A stretch of DNA of 64,000 bases from Pedobacter sp. (GCA_050253415.1 JBFWJC010000001.1:1576679-1640678), one strand, 5' to 3'. Shown: positions 51,534-61,574, counted from the stretch's first letter. Notes: generated by a model not told the origin, from the sequence alone. Program-made: numbers and translations.

Positions 51534-51789
51534 TACGCCGGAGGGCAGCAAGTTCGAGGTTGTCATAAAGCAGCTTTGAACTTATGATGGCTACCTTTTG
51601 AGTCGGCATGACAGGGGACACGGGTTCCGGTACTTTTTCGCAAGCCGAGGTTGCTCAAATAGTTATTGAACGGGTAGATTCTGCATTGCATTATGGGCCA
51701 TCGGGAGAGCGTCGATGGCTTGCAGATTTTTATTCAACTCGTAGTCTGGAAAATGGCATTTCTGATCGATTGCAACGTTAATTTGGGTG

Positions 51790-52533
51790 ATGATGCGTCA
51801 TAAAAATCAAGCCGTTGTCCACGAACGGAACGGCAACTTTCATTCCTATTACGTCCCAGGTTCCCCGGTTGACATTTTACAGGCTTCTTTACGTCCGGAT
51901 CCTGACGTTCTCTTCAGTCAGGGGCATCCGGTCTGTTCAGGGCGGTCCGGTAATCCACGAGATCTCGTTAAAGTCGTGGTGGGGACCAGGTCTTATTTTA
52001 TCAAACGTTACAATTGCCAGGGTGGCCTGTATCGGGTCAAAAATATGTTTCGGGCCTCTCGTGCACGCCGGGCCATGGAGGCCGGTCAGTTGCTGTTGTC
52101 GCTGGGTGTGCCTACGCCAGAACCGTTGGTGTGTATGGAAGAGCGCCATGGGCGGTTGCTTGGAGACAGTTATCTGATCTGCCCTTTTTTGGAAGGGTGC
52201 CATTCCCTGTTTGATCTATGGCCAGGGCTTGAGTTGTTCAGGAAGCGCCTTTACATGCAGCGGCTCGGTGAGCTGCTCGGCACTTTGCACCGTTCAGGTG
52301 TTGTTCATGGAGACAGCAACTGGCGCAATATCCTGGTGAGAGCAGAAGGGGACGCTCAACCTCAGTTCTGGTTGGTTGATCTGGATGGCGTTCGCAAGTA
52401 TCGTCATCTCACCTTTGTCCGGGCGCAACGGGATACCGGCCATTTTTTACGAGAACTGATACGTAATGATGCCGATGAGGAATTCGCCCAGCTGTTTCGT
52501 CACCATTGGCAAAAGTCCTTGACGTTACCCTGA
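51790..52533 (+). CDS. LPS kinase (Kdo kinase/InaA-like family)
   Basis: FIKRY, SRARR, GVPTP.P, HGD.N.RNILV, LVDLD. Confidence 0.8.
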   Translation: MMRHKNQAVVHERNGNFHSYYVPGSPVDILQASLRPDPDVLFSQGHPVCSGRSGNPRDLVKVVVGTRSYFIKRYNCQGGLYRVKNMFRASRARRAMEAGQLLLSLGVPTPEPLVCMEERHGRLLGDSYLICPFLEGCHSLFDLWPGLELFRKRLYMQRLGELLGTLHRSGVVHGDSNWRNILVRAEGDAQPQFWLVDLDGVRKYRHLTFVRAQRDTGHFLRELIRNDADEEFAQLFRHHWQKSLTLP

Positions 52534-52543
52534 GGAGGGTTTT

Positions 52544-53134
52544 ATGGCGGTAGCTGCAATACAGACATATTTTAAGCAACTTCAGGGGGTTATGGATCGG
52601 GTTGGTCGTGATAAATCCGATGCGATTGTGCAATGTGTTCATCTGGTTGTCGACACTCTGCGCGAAGGGGGCAAGGTTCTGGTCATGGGCAATGGTGGCT
52701 CTGCGGCAGATGCCCAACACTTCGCAGCTGAACTGGTGGGGCGTTTTCTCATGGAGCGTAAGGCCTTGCCTTCCATTGCGTTAACTACTGATTCCTCAAT
52801 ATTGACAGCGGTAGGCAACGATTACGGGTTTGACGAGATTTTCAAGCGGCAAGTTGAGGCGCTTGCCCGCCCTGGCGATGTGGTCATCGGCATATCCACC
52901 AGTGGGATGTCTAAAAATGTTTTTCACGCTCTGATCGCAGCGAATCAGATTGGCTGTAAAACGGTCGGTCTGCTTGGGCGTGATGGCGGTACTATCGCCG
53001 GCATCGTGGACATTAATCTGACTGTGGCGGAAGAGCATACTCCTTTTATTCAGACCGCTCATGGTGCGGTGCTCCATCTGCTTTGCGATTTGCTGGAAAA
53101 GGAATTGTTTCCCCCTTCGGGGCAAACGGAGTAG
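52544..53134 (+). CDS. gmhA: D-sedoheptulose-7-phosphate isomerase
   Basis: GNGGSAADAQHFAAE, NDYGF, ISTSG. Confidence 0.95.
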   Translation: MAVAAIQTYFKQLQGVMDRVGRDKSDAIVQCVHLVVDTLREGGKVLVMGNGGSAADAQHFAAELVGRFLMERKALPSIALTTDSSILTAVGNDYGFDEIFKRQVEALARPGDVVIGISTSGMSKNVFHALIAANQIGCKTVGLLGRDGGTIAGIVDINLTVAEEHTPFIQTAHGAVLHLLCDLLEKELFPPSGQTE

Positions 53135-53209
53135 TATACCGTAACAATTATTTGTCAAACGGGTCCGTTACATGCAGCTTGCTGTCAATGGGAATAATAT
53201 AGAGGAATT

Positions 53210-53923
53210 ATGGACAAAATTTCATTTGTCATACCGATTTACAATGAAGAGGGTAATGTCGAGCGATTGTTCAACGAACTGACCCGTGTAGCTGAGACTC
53301 TGGGGCGTCCTTATGAAATCATGCTCGTGGATGATGCCAGTACCGACCGTAGTCTGCAGATTATCAAGGAGTTGGCGGCATCCCACGCACAGGTACGTTA
53401 CCTGTCCTTTAAAACCAATTGCGGACAGTCTGCAGCGCTGTACGCGGGTTTTCAAAACGCTGATGGCGATATTATCATTACCATGGATGCCGATCTTCAG
53501 AATGATCCGGCCGACATCCCGAAACTTATGCAGTTTTTTGGTGAATACGATATGATCAACGGTTGGCGAGCCAACCGTCAGGATACCCTGTCTAAAAAAG
53601 TCGGTAGCCGCATCGGAAATTATGTGCGCAATCGACTGACCTGGGAGACTATTCACGATACCGGTTGCTCTTTGAAAGTTATGCGGGCCAGCATGCTTAA
53701 GCGGATACGCATGTTTCGCGGCCTGCACCGGTTTCTGCCAACCCTTATGCGTCTCGAAGGGGCTCGGGTCATCGAAGTACCGGTCAATCACCGTCCCCGG
53801 GTTCACGGCGTCTCCAAATACAACAATCTGCGGCGTGGCATCGAGGGGATTTATGATGTTATAGCCGTACGCTGGATGATTAAGCGTTATCTGAAAATCA
53901 GCATTGGTGATACCAATGTTTAG
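53210..53923 (+). CDS. GT2 polyprenol-phosphate glycosyltransferase (ArnC/DPM1-like)
   Basis: VIPIYNE, VDDASTD, GQSAAL, MDADLQNDP.D, DTGC.LK, HRF.P, R..G.SKY. Confidence 0.9.
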   Translation: MDKISFVIPIYNEEGNVERLFNELTRVAETLGRPYEIMLVDDASTDRSLQIIKELAASHAQVRYLSFKTNCGQSAALYAGFQNADGDIIITMDADLQNDPADIPKLMQFFGEYDMINGWRANRQDTLSKKVGSRIGNYVRNRLTWETIHDTGCSLKVMRASMLKRIRMFRGLHRFLPTLMRLEGARVIEVPVNHRPRVHGVSKYNNLRRGIEGIYDVIAVRWMIKRYLKISIGDTNV

Positions 53924-54197
53924 CACTGAAAACTCGATATTGCTTCTTGGTTTGGTGGGGCAGGCCCTGTTTTCCATGCGCTTTATCATCCAGTGGGTAT
54001 ATTCCGAGAAACACCGCCAGAGTGTTATTCCTACGGCATTTTGGTACTTCAGCCTTGGGGGCAGTTTGTTGTTGTTGGTTTATTCCCTTTTGCGTCGAGA
54101 CATTGTATTTACCCTCGGACAATCGACCGGTTTTCTCATCTATGGTCGTAACCTCTATTTTATTCATAAACAACGCAAAGAAAGTGCCATCGCCTGA
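53916..54197 (+). CDS. Small membrane protein, lipid-A-disaccharide synthase N-terminal (LAB_N) domain
   Basis: GQ.LF..RF..QW..SE...S..P..FW..S..G signature; three TM segments. Confidence 0.85.
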   Translation: MFSTENSILLLGLVGQALFSMRFIIQWVYSEKHRQSVIPTAFWYFSLGGSLLLLVYSLLRRDIVFTLGQSTGFLIYGRNLYFIHKQRKESAIA

Positions 54198-54265
54198 TAT
54201 CTCTATCAGGACCACGTTTTCCTCCCTTTCATCTATGGTTTTTTTGTAACGGACTCCCAGGGATT

Positions 54266-55777
54266 ATGATGAATATTTCCAATACTTCCGGTGCATTTCT
54301 TCAACCCGAGTCTGATCGAGATGGGTTGTTTCGACTGTTTTTCTGGCTGGTGTTTGCCGGCTCCCTGCTGGTGTATGGGTGGGGTATCTGGGGAGTCCCG
54401 CTTCTCAGCCACAATGAGGCGCGCCGGTTGGTGGTGCTTCGGGAATTGCTCGCTAGCGGCGACTGGTTGGTGCCGACCAAAAACAGTCAGATTTATCTGC
54501 AAAAACCGCCCTTGTTCACCTGGTTCGGGGCGGTATTCGGGCTGTTGGCCAGTAGCAGTGCCGAATGGGTTTTGCGATTGCCTTCAGCGTTAAGCGGACT
54601 AGGGGCTACATGGCTGTTGTTTTTTCGTTTGAAACAGCGTGTCGGCCGTTGGGAGGCACTGATCGGGTCTGCGATTCTGGTGACATCGTACTTTTTCTCA
54701 TCCAAGGCTCGTGTGGCTGAATTGAATATGCTGCTGACAATGTGTGTCTTTGCGGCGGTGGTGTGTTTTTACGACTATATCTGCGATGGCAGACGTAAGT
54801 ATCTTTACTTGGCCTATGGTGCACTGGGCCTGGCATTTATGACTAAAGGCCCTGTGGCGTTATTGTTTTTTGTTCTGCCGGTTCTTGTTTTTGGAATATT
54901 GGAAAAAGACCGTCGGGTACTCAAAGGTCTGATCGACGGTCGTGGCTGGTTGCTGTTCGCGCTTATCGGTTTGCCATGGTACCTGTTCGTAACGCTTCGA
55001 TTGCAGGGATTGCCTTTGCTGGCGGTTATTCGTAGTGAAGTGTCATCCAAGGTAGCAGAGGAAGCGCATCGCCCCGAGCCCCTGTATTACTATGTCAGGC
55101 ATCTGCTGGGGGCTTTTGCACCCTGGGTGCTGTTGATCTGCTATCGGCCACTGCGTACCCTTAAGTACATGGCCGCTACAAAACCTGGACGTTTTTTCGG
55201 GTTGGCGGCCTTGGTGCCATTACTCATCTTTTCCCTTTTCGATTACAAGCGGGATAAATACATTCTGCCAATGTATCCGGCCCTTGCGGTTTGTCTCGGC
55301 ATGGTGGCGGCACATTGGCGTTCTGAAATGTGCGCTCGTGGCCGTCGATGGATTAGTCCCTTGATGGTTTGGGGTAGCGCCGTCTTAATGCTGCTACTGG
55401 TTGTGTTTTACGGGTTTTTTGAACCACGCATGGTTTCCTACCGATTTGAAGCACTCAAGCCCCTGGCGGCACGTATCGATCAGTTGCGCGGTGATGCTCC
55501 GGTTTACTATCTTGGCGAAGAACCGATCCAGTTGATCTATTATTACGGTCGTTCCATCCCTGGTACTACCGTTGAAGAAGTGGCCGACTGGCAGACCCAG
55601 CAGCGTCATTTTGTGGTACTCGTACAGAAAAAGCATGTCGGCGAGGTTGAGACTCTTGGATTGACCGTGCTTGACCAGGTTAAACCCTATCTATCGCGTC
55701 GTGGTGTTATGTTCATTATGGCCAGTAAGGGTTTAGAAATGTCAGCGATACCGGAAATTGACGACAATCTCCCTTGA
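54266..55777 (+). CDS. ArnT/GT-C family integral-membrane glycosyltransferase
   Basis: EAR, GDWLVP, KPPL..W, RLPSAL, TKGP, PWY, K...YILP.YP; many TM segments. Confidence 0.88.
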   Translation: MMNISNTSGAFLQPESDRDGLFRLFFWLVFAGSLLVYGWGIWGVPLLSHNEARRLVVLRELLASGDWLVPTKNSQIYLQKPPLFTWFGAVFGLLASSSAEWVLRLPSALSGLGATWLLFFRLKQRVGRWEALIGSAILVTSYFFSSKARVAELNMLLTMCVFAAVVCFYDYICDGRRKYLYLAYGALGLAFMTKGPVALLFFVLPVLVFGILEKDRRVLKGLIDGRGWLLFALIGLPWYLFVTLRLQGLPLLAVIRSEVSSKVAEEAHRPEPLYYYVRHLLGAFAPWVLLICYRPLRTLKYMAATKPGRFFGLAALVPLLIFSLFDYKRDKYILPMYPALAVCLGMVAAHWRSEMCARGRRWISPLMVWGSAVLMLLLVVFYGFFEPRMVSYRFEALKPLAARIDQLRGDAPVYYLGEEPIQLIYYYGRSIPGTTVEEVADWQTQQRHFVVLVQKKHVGEVETLGLTVLDQVKPYLSRRGVMFIMASKGLEMSAIPEIDDNLP

Positions 55778-55950
55778 GGATTCTCAATGGGGGCGTCTGT
55801 TGTGGTACCGGAGAATTTTCAATTTCAATAAGGGTATTCAATCTGGAGGCTTTTTCTATTTTATAGGGGAAAGCAAAGAGATAATCGCAATATATTCTGC
55901 TGTAATTACGTTTTTGTTGTAGCTTGATAAGAAATGCTGGGAAGTTCTTT

Positions 55951-57093
55951 ATGGATATAGGTTTTGCAACCTTTCATTATTACCCCTATGGTGGATTAGA
56001 AAAAAGCATGCGTAATATCGCCTTGGAGGTTTTGAGGCGAGGTCACAAACTTACAGTGTATTGCCATTCATGGCAGGGGGAACTCATTCCCGATGCCCAA
56101 GTGGAAATTCTCCCGGTAACAGGCTGGACCAATCACCGTAAAATGCTTTCTTTCGTTCGGAAATTCCAGCAAAGAATGAAAAACTGTAATCATGATCTGG
56201 TCGTAGGCTTCAAGCGAATGCCCGGACTTGATCTCTATTACAATGGGGATGTCTGTTATCGGAATGAAATGGCATCCAAACCCAATTTCCTTGCCAAATT
56301 TACACCTCGTTATGCTGCTTTATCCTCTTTTGAAAAGGCTGTTTTTTCGAAAGATTCATCGACTCATATCATGTATATAGCGGAGCGGGAGAAAAAAATA
56401 TTTCAAAGTTGCTATGGTACTCCCGATACGCGATTTCATGCTTTGCCGCCAGGGATTGACAAGGACGGCATTCGGGGCGTTTGTTCTGCTTCTCAACGTC
56501 CACACTTGCGTCGTTCTATGGGTGTGGATGGCGATACCCTGATAGCTTTGATGGTAGGTTCAGACTTTTACCGCAAGGGGGTAGATCGCTCAATCCGCGC
56601 GTTGGCAGCATTACCCGTCGATCAAAAGAAAAAATTGGAACTCTGGGTCGTCGGCCAGGGGAATCCGGATCCGTTTTATAAATTGGCAACAAGTTTAGGT
56701 GTTGCCAGCCAAATACATTTTCTTGGGGTCCGCGATGATGTGCCCTCGTTGCTTGGTGTTGCGGATATATTACTCCACCCGGCATTGAGTGAAACGGCGG
56801 GCAATGCCATACTGGAAGGTCTCGTTGCGGGAATTCCTGTCGTTGTCAGTCAAAGTGCGGGGTTCAGTGCACATGTAACCAATGCGGATGGCGGGGTGGT
56901 GATTCCCGACACTCCTTGGAGTCAGTCGGCTTTTGACCATGCACTTTTGAAGCTTGTTGCGGATTCGCAGTATCGCCGGAAATTAGGTAGTCAAGGATGG
57001 CATTACGCTGATACCACTGACCTTTATCATCGGCCTCAGGTTGCCGCGGATATCATCGAAAAGCTGGTAAAAGAAAAATCTGAATGTATCTAG
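55951..57093 (+). CDS. Glycosyltransferase family 4 (WaaG-like)
   Basis: YYPYGGL, LPPGI, GSDF.RKGVDR, HPA..E.AG...LE. Confidence 0.88.
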   Translation: MDIGFATFHYYPYGGLEKSMRNIALEVLRRGHKLTVYCHSWQGELIPDAQVEILPVTGWTNHRKMLSFVRKFQQRMKNCNHDLVVGFKRMPGLDLYYNGDVCYRNEMASKPNFLAKFTPRYAALSSFEKAVFSKDSSTHIMYIAEREKKIFQSCYGTPDTRFHALPPGIDKDGIRGVCSASQRPHLRRSMGVDGDTLIALMVGSDFYRKGVDRSIRALAALPVDQKKKLELWVVGQGNPDPFYKLATSLGVASQIHFLGVRDDVPSLLGVADILLHPALSETAGNAILEGLVAGIPVVVSQSAGFSAHVTNADGGVVIPDTPWSQSAFDHALLKLVADSQYRRKLGSQGWHYADTTDLYHRPQVAADIIEKLVKEKSECI

Positions 57094-57233
57094 CCTCGTG
57101 GCAACTTGTTGCAACTGACAGCTGCAATTGAGAGTGATTTACCTGTGCGGGACCTCTACTTTCTTGGCCGCATGTTGGGCTCAGACAGCGATTCTTTGCG
57201 GGGCATTCGTCTCTTTTGTTTGATTTAAAGAAA

Positions 57234-57917
57234 ATGATGGGATTTATGAAGAGATTTTTGAAAAAGTGTCTGCCCGAAAAAATAGTTTTCTTCCGGGAGT
57301 CTTTCAATGATTTCCCTTACAGAAAATATATGAATAAAAATAAATGTATTTTTATTCACATCCCGAAGGCAGCAGGAACCAGTGTGCTTAATGTTTTGTC
57401 TAAAAAGAAAGTACCCAGGGATCATTGCAGCTATAATATATTTTTGCAATCGTCAAAGAAAAAATTTCACCGGTATTTCAAGTTCTGTTTTGTAAGAAAT
57501 CCTTACACTAGACTCATGTCTGTATATTACTACCTGAAAAATGGTGGGAATGGGAAATCAGATCTTGAGATACAAGAGTTGATAAGGCAAAAATATACAA
57601 CTTTCGAAAAATTTGTGCTTGATTATTTGGATAAAGACTTGATTTATCAAATCGCTTTACTTCGTCCTCAGTATAGTTATGTCTGTAATTATAAATATGA
57701 AATAATGGTAGACTTTTGCGGAAGATTTGAAAATATTGATAGCGACTTTTCAACTGTATGTAAGACTTTGCGAATAAAAAAGAGTCTTCCTAAATTGAAT
57801 AAAACAAATTATAAAAATAATGTTGATAAAATTCAGTCTATACAAAAAGAAGTAATTGAGAAAATTAATAGTCTGTATGCAAAAGACTTCGAAGTTTTCG
57901 GATATGATTTGAGATGA
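57234..57917 (+). CDS. Sulfotransferase (Sulfotransfer_2 / carbohydrate sulfotransferase-like)
   Basis: 5'-PSB FIHIPKAAGTS, 3'-PB FVRNPY.RL.S.Y.Y, PQ, GRFEN...D, Y..DF..FGY; start uncertain (57216/57234/57246). Confidence 0.85.
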   Translation: MMGFMKRFLKKCLPEKIVFFRESFNDFPYRKYMNKNKCIFIHIPKAAGTSVLNVLSKKKVPRDHCSYNIFLQSSKKKFHRYFKFCFVRNPYTRLMSVYYYLKNGGNGKSDLEIQELIRQKYTTFEKFVLDYLDKDLIYQIALLRPQYSYVCNYKYEIMVDFCGRFENIDSDFSTVCKTLRIKKSLPKLNKTNYKNNVDKIQSIQKEVIEKINSLYAKDFEVFGYDLR

Positions 57918-58187
57918 AATTTAGACGAACAATTCCAATGCGTAAGTATTGACAAGGTGTTGATAGATTTCTTGTAGTAGATCGATAATCATTTTTTGGA
58001 CGCATGAACGGCATGTTGTTCAATGGCGGTCCATATGTCGGTACTATCCTCAGTGTCTGATGATAGTCTGTGAGGTTGCCCTGCCGCGTTTTTAATTCGA
58101 CGTCTGTCTGGGTATTCCGGCTATGTAGAAGGTTCGGTTAAGAGATAGCTAGTCGAATAAACCATAATGGAAAGGGGGCGATATAAA

Positions 58188-59327
58188 ATGAAAATTGCAA
58201 TGCTAACATCCGATTATTTACCTAATATCGGAGGGATTACTTCTCATATTTACGAGCTTTCAAAAGCTTTAATTGCCAACGGTCACCAGGTTGAGATCTG
58301 GTTGTGGGACCGGAAAGGCAATATTTCCCCCGATGATAGCTTGGGGGATATTGATGTCCGGCTCATTCAGAATAATACGTCTAAGAAGAAGTTTGGAGAA
58401 GCAAAACGGCTTGCCCGGGTCATAGCAGGATTTTCCAGCGAATTTCAGCCCGATGTCATTCATGTACATACCCTCGATCAGTTGATGCCAGCAATGGCAT
58501 TTGTCAAGAAAAAGCATCCTTCCATCAGGGTTGTCTGGACTAATCATACGAGCAGGTTTTTAAGAAACGTCGGTTCCTTTATCTGGAGGATGAAAATTCG
58601 CTATTACCTTCGTGGTTTTGATGGGTTGTTAGCAACCTGTCAAGAGCGAAGAGATAAATCTCTCAGGCTTGGCGTCCCGTCTGACAATTGTCTTTTCATT
58701 CCAAATGGAGTAGATCCCGATAAATATAAGGTCATTTCCCAGCGCGAAGCGCGAGAAATAATCGGTGTGGATAGCGATGTCTTTTTGTTGCTGTACACTG
58801 GCCGATTTGCTCCTATAAAGGGTGTTTTTTATCTCGCGCAAGCTATTAATCTGCTGATAAAAAAGATACCCAATATCCTTTGTATTATGTGCGGAAACAT
58901 GGAAGGTGATCGCGAGTCCGAAAAAATTCAAGCATATATACTCGAAAACAAACTTGAAAAACACATTCGCCTTGATGGTTTCATTCAAAACAATCTTCTT
59001 GGTCCTCATTTGTTTGCTTGCGATTCACTTGTTTTGCCATCGTTGATGGAGGCCACAAGTATTTCCATGTTGGAAGCCATGACGGTTGGTCGGCCGGTCA
59101 TCGGTTCCCGTGTTGGAGGTATTCCTGGAATGGTAAGTGAAAATGAAACCGGAATATTGGTGAATCCCGCAGACCCTGAAGACTTGGCACGCGGGATTAC
59201 CCAGTTCTGGGAAATGAAAGACCGCGAAGCCATGGGGGTGAAGGCCAAAAAACGTATTGATGAATTTACCTGGCACAATATTGCGTTGAGGACCTACAAC
59301 TTTTACTGTACATTGGTTTCTTCTTAG
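58188..59327 (+). CDS. Glycosyltransferase family 4
   Basis: Y.PNIGG, IPNGVD, GRF.P.KG, PS..E......LEAM. Confidence 0.92.
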   Translation: MKIAMLTSDYLPNIGGITSHIYELSKALIANGHQVEIWLWDRKGNISPDDSLGDIDVRLIQNNTSKKKFGEAKRLARVIAGFSSEFQPDVIHVHTLDQLMPAMAFVKKKHPSIRVVWTNHTSRFLRNVGSFIWRMKIRYYLRGFDGLLATCQERRDKSLRLGVPSDNCLFIPNGVDPDKYKVISQREAREIIGVDSDVFLLLYTGRFAPIKGVFYLAQAINLLIKKIPNILCIMCGNMEGDRESEKIQAYILENKLEKHIRLDGFIQNNLLGPHLFACDSLVLPSLMEATSISMLEAMTVGRPVIGSRVGGIPGMVSENETGILVNPADPEDLARGITQFWEMKDREAMGVKAKKRIDEFTWHNIALRTYNFYCTLVSS

Positions 59328-59407
59328 AGCGGATGATTGCACGGCACTCTTTCTTAATCATTCGTTTTTGGATATGGTCATGAGCGGAAGCAGGTTATAA
59401 ATTCGGA

Positions 59408-60574
59408 TTGGTATACCGTCGGTCATTTGGGGGGGGCTTGATTAGTCGTGACTGCAAAAAGATAGCTCTGATTCGCAAGGAATGCAGTTTGAAGCGAGGT
59501 GGGGCTGAGCGTTACTGTGCCAACCTGGGCCGTTGCTTGGCCGACATGGGTCATCAGGTATATGTGGTGGCTCGCACGTGTGATGATGACATTCATCCGG
59601 GCCTTATTCATGTGCCTGTTCAGGTGCGTAACTGGACCTCATCTTCCCGTAATTTGTCCTTTCACCAGAATAGCCAACGGGCTCTGAATGATCTGGACAT
59701 CGACTACGTGTATGCGCTGAGCCGCACCTATCCCGCCGATGCTTTTAGGATCAGTGATCCATTGCATGACAGCTGGCTCGATGTTCGCTACCCGGGATGG
59801 TTGCGTAACCGGTTGGAGCGGTTGAATCCGCGCCATAGAACCATTCTGGGGCTGGAGAAGAGGGTTTGTGATGCAGGATATAGCGGCGCCATTGTAACCA
59901 ATTCGATCTGGTCGCGCCAACAAATACTGGCGCGTTACGATTACCCCTCCGAACGCATTCATGTAGTCTACAACGGTGTCGACCTGGATTATTTCCGGCC
60001 GTCAGAGGGTGGTAAGCCCGTCGGTGGCCCTCTGCGATTGTTGTTTGTTGCCCAGGATTTTGCGCGCAAAGGGCTTGGTTTTATTCTCGACGCGTTGAAG
60101 CAGTTGCATGCACAGGGGATCGCCTGCCATCTGAGTGTGGTGGGGCGCGATAATCCACGCCCTTTTCTCCAGCAGGCTCAGCGGCTCGGCGTGGCGCAAG
60201 CCGTCGATTTTCACGAATCCACCAGTCAGATACAGGATTATTACAACGCTGCAGATCTGCTGGTATTTCCCACTCTCAGTGACCCTTTCGCTAATGTGTG
60301 TCTGGAGGCCTTGGCCTGTGGTCTGCCTGTTATGACCACTACCCACAACGGTGCAGCTGAGATTTTGACTGAAGATCAGACCGGTTATGTACTGCAGGCA
60401 AACCGTCCATTGGCCCCGCAGATTGTCGCAGGTATTGTCCGGTTCAGTCGCCTACCTGAGCAGTACCGCGTGGAGATGACACATCGGGCCCGGATCTGTG
60501 CAGAGGGGTTTACCATCAGGCACAATGCTGAGCGGACCCTTGACGTGCTTGCGGGTGTGACGCGGTCCCGGTAG
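59408..60574 (+). CDS. Glycosyltransferase family 4
   Basis: GGAERY, VYNGVD, DF.RKG, DPFANVCLEALACG; start may be TTG 59438. Confidence 0.9.
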   Translation: MVYRRSFGGGLISRDCKKIALIRKECSLKRGGAERYCANLGRCLADMGHQVYVVARTCDDDIHPGLIHVPVQVRNWTSSSRNLSFHQNSQRALNDLDIDYVYALSRTYPADAFRISDPLHDSWLDVRYPGWLRNRLERLNPRHRTILGLEKRVCDAGYSGAIVTNSIWSRQQILARYDYPSERIHVVYNGVDLDYFRPSEGGKPVGGPLRLLFVAQDFARKGLGFILDALKQLHAQGIACHLSVVGRDNPRPFLQQAQRLGVAQAVDFHESTSQIQDYYNAADLLVFPTLSDPFANVCLEALACGLPVMTTTHNGAAEILTEDQTGYVLQANRPLAPQIVAGIVRFSRLPEQYRVEMTHRARICAEGFTIRHNAERTLDVLAGVTRSR

Positions 60575-60623
60575 TCGTGGAATGCTGGTTTGAGCGGTAT
60601 TGCGGCCAGGGAGAAGGAAGACA

Positions 60624-61574
60624 ATGAAACGTTATCAGTTGATGGATTTTTCCGGTGTTAAACGGTATTCAATTACTACCCGGGACAACAAGGTCAAGGT
60701 TGGTGAGCATTTTGCCGAACCGCCACGGGCGGGCCGTTCCTTCAGCGAATTTTTTGACAGCCTTCCGCATCTGCTGGGTGCCGACAATCTGCGGGGCGTA
60801 GTCGATGCGGTCGTGCATGCCCGTGAAAAGGGCAGGCCTGTGGTTCTCGCCATGGGCGGACATGTCATCAAATGCGGCCTTCAACCGGTCATCAAGGCTC
60901 TTATCGACGCCGATGTGATTACGGCGGTGGCGACCAACGGCTCGGTAACCATTCATGATTACGAGGTGTCCCTGGTCGGTGCCACTTCTGAAGATGTCGC
61001 TGCTGTGCTGGCCTCGGGAGATTTCGGATTTTCCCTGGAAACCGGACAGGGGATGAACGACATACTCAAGCGGGGGATGGCCGGTGAGCTTGGATTCGGC
61101 CATGCCATCGGGCGGGCGATTATCGATCAAAAGCATCCTTATCAGGAATTTAGTCTGCTGGCCGCCTGCGTTAATAAGGGCATACCTGTCACCGTGCATG
61201 TGGCCATTGGCACCGATATTATCCACCAGCATCCTGAAGCCGATGGTGGTGTGATAGGTGAAATGAGTTACCGGGATTTCAGGCTGCTGACCTCGGTAGT
61301 GGCGGATCTCGGAGACGGTGGGGTCTGGCTTAATGTGGGGTCGGCAGTGTTGCTGCCGGAAGTTTTCCTGAAAGCCTTGTCCATCGCACAGAACCTGGGA
61401 TATCATGTCGACGGTTTCAGCACCGCCAATTTCGATATGATACAGCACTACCGACCGCTTACCAACGTGGTCAAGCGTCCCACTCAGGGCAGCGGCCGTG
61501 GGTATACCATCACGGGACATCATGAAATTAACATCCCTTTGTTTGCTCAGGCAGTGCTCGACCGGCTTGGCTGA
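60624..61574 (+). CDS. Conserved hypothetical protein with a deoxyhypusine-synthase-like fold
   Basis: GGHVIK.G, ATNG...HD, GIPVTVH..IGTD, GSAV..PE, GHHE..PL resemble the DHS scaffold by eye; no SWGK motif. Confidence 0.65.
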   Translation: MKRYQLMDFSGVKRYSITTRDNKVKVGEHFAEPPRAGRSFSEFFDSLPHLLGADNLRGVVDAVVHAREKGRPVVLAMGGHVIKCGLQPVIKALIDADVITAVATNGSVTIHDYEVSLVGATSEDVAAVLASGDFGFSLETGQGMNDILKRGMAGELGFGHAIGRAIIDQKHPYQEFSLLAACVNKGIPVTVHVAIGTDIIHQHPEADGGVIGEMSYRDFRLLTSVVADLGDGGVWLNVGSAVLLPEVFLKALSIAQNLGYHVDGFSTANFDMIQHYRPLTNVVKRPTQGSGRGYTITGHHEINIPLFAQAVLDRLG

